A stretch of DNA of 64,000 nt. It comes from Methanosphaera stadtmanae (GTDB lineage: Archaea; Methanobacteriota; Methanobacteria; Methanobacteriales; Methanobacteriaceae). The notes beneath the pieces are model-generated. The model did no database searches and had not been told where the DNA came from. It saw nothing but the letters and a program-made list of their open reading frames with translations. Shown here piece after piece: positions 63,146 to 64,000 of this stretch (positions within the stretch are counted from its first letter, which is position 1; each line of letters begins with the position of its first letter). The DNA lies in the NCBI GenBank assembly GCA_015062825.1, contig SUTR01000003.1, positions 22,716 to 86,715 on the forward strand. The letters are read 5' to 3'. The position numbers were made by a program, and so were the translations under genes.

Positions 63146-64000
63146 ATGGAATTAGAAGACAAAATTAAAAGATTAAAAAATTATTTACGAAATAAAAAAT
63201 CAGTACTTGGATTTAGTGCTGGTTCTGATAGTACATTAATAGCATACATATTATCAAAGGTCAGTCCTGATTCTTTATTGGTTACTATCAATAACAATAT
63301 GATGTCGGATGAATTTATCGAATACACTAAAAAACAGGCAGCCAAATTCAATTTGAAACATAAAGTAATCAACTTAGACTTTTTAACAGATGAAATATTT
63401 CAAAACAATGGGAAAGAAAGATGTTATGAATGTCGTAAGCTAATGTATTATAACATTCAACAGTTGCCTGAATTCCAGGAGTATGAATACTTCCTTGAAG
63501 GTACAAATATAACTGATCTTCTTGAGGATAGGCCTGGAATACTGGTGCTGGATATGTTTAATATGACAAGTCCCCTTGTAGAATGTGGCATTACCAAGGA
63601 TGATGTATTTGACATGATACAATATTTCAATCTGGAATATTCATTTGACACTACCTGCTTGGCAACACGTATAAAAACCAATCAGAAAGTTGATAGTGAA
63701 AGGTTGAAAATGATTCATGATGCAGAAGCATTTGTCAGGTCCAACGTTGAGCAGGAAAATATACGTGTACGATTTGATGACTTCAATGCTATGATAACTG
63801 TAGACAATCCGTTGGATATTCTGGATGAAGAACTATTGATTAAGTTACGTAATAAAATTCAGAATATTGGATTTAAAAAGGTATTCCTGGATATAACAGG
63901 ATATGAGAAAACAAAGCTCATAGAAAGCATTGATGATGATGGCGATTACTATTATCAATTGCCATATAATATAGATCTTCTGAAGACTAAGGAAAAACTT
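63146..64000 (+). CDS. LarE-family PP-loop sulfur transferase (runs off window end; not in ORF track)
   Basis: Hand translation: FSAGSDS PP-loop, RCYECRK, EGTNITDLLEDRPG, TCLATRI; possible upstream ATG at 63137. Confidence 0.82.
   Translation, partial: MELEDKIKRLKNYLRNKKSVLGFSAGSDSTLIAYILSKVSPDSLLVTINNNMMSDEFIEYTKKQAAKFNLKHKVINLDFLTDEIFQNNGKERCYECRKLMYYNIQQLPEFQEYEYFLEGTNITDLLEDRPGILVLDMFNMTSPLVECGITKDDVFDMIQYFNLEYSFDTTCLATRIKTNQKVDSERLKMIHDAEAFVRSNVEQENIRVRFDDFNAMITVDNPLDILDEELLIKLRNKIQNIGFKKVFLDITGYEKTKLIESIDDDGDYYYQLPYNIDLLKTKEKL

Overview
AT-rich archaeal chromosome segment from a pseudomurein-walled methanogen (Methanobacteriaceae). Methanosphaera-like is an inference from adhesin repeat style and an unoptimised mer gene. 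Most of the window is housekeeping: a Zn-finger/aEF-1beta/mfnE-like/pth2/ycaO run, nadX-thg1-JAMM, serA, tiaS, the complete A1Ao ATP synthase operon (H-I-K-E-C-F-A-B-D), mer, RaSEA, hcp, purF-U32-cfbC, rfbD/rfbB, xseAB, pdxTS, tRNA-Gln(TTG) and tRNA-Leu(GAG). Accessory content includes a split Tad/type IV pilus-like set, three large adhesin-like proteins (one with pseudomurein-binding repeats and a Cys-His-Asp transglutaminase-like domain) and two small ORFs missed by the ORF track. The standout is a four-gene nitrogenase-like cluster at 57597-62477 (minus strand, order D-K-H-B). It has a full NifB motif set, no nifEN or nifI in the window, and an H subunit resembling methylthio-alkane reductase MarH. 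The D subunit keeps the P-cluster and cofactor ligands but has lost the His195/Gln191 equivalents. This is a candidate archaeal Mar-like (group IV) reductase of unknown substrate, distinct from the CfbC also encoded here. No CRISPR array, rRNA, integrase or transposase was seen. All family assignments are from motif recognition by eye; no searches were run.
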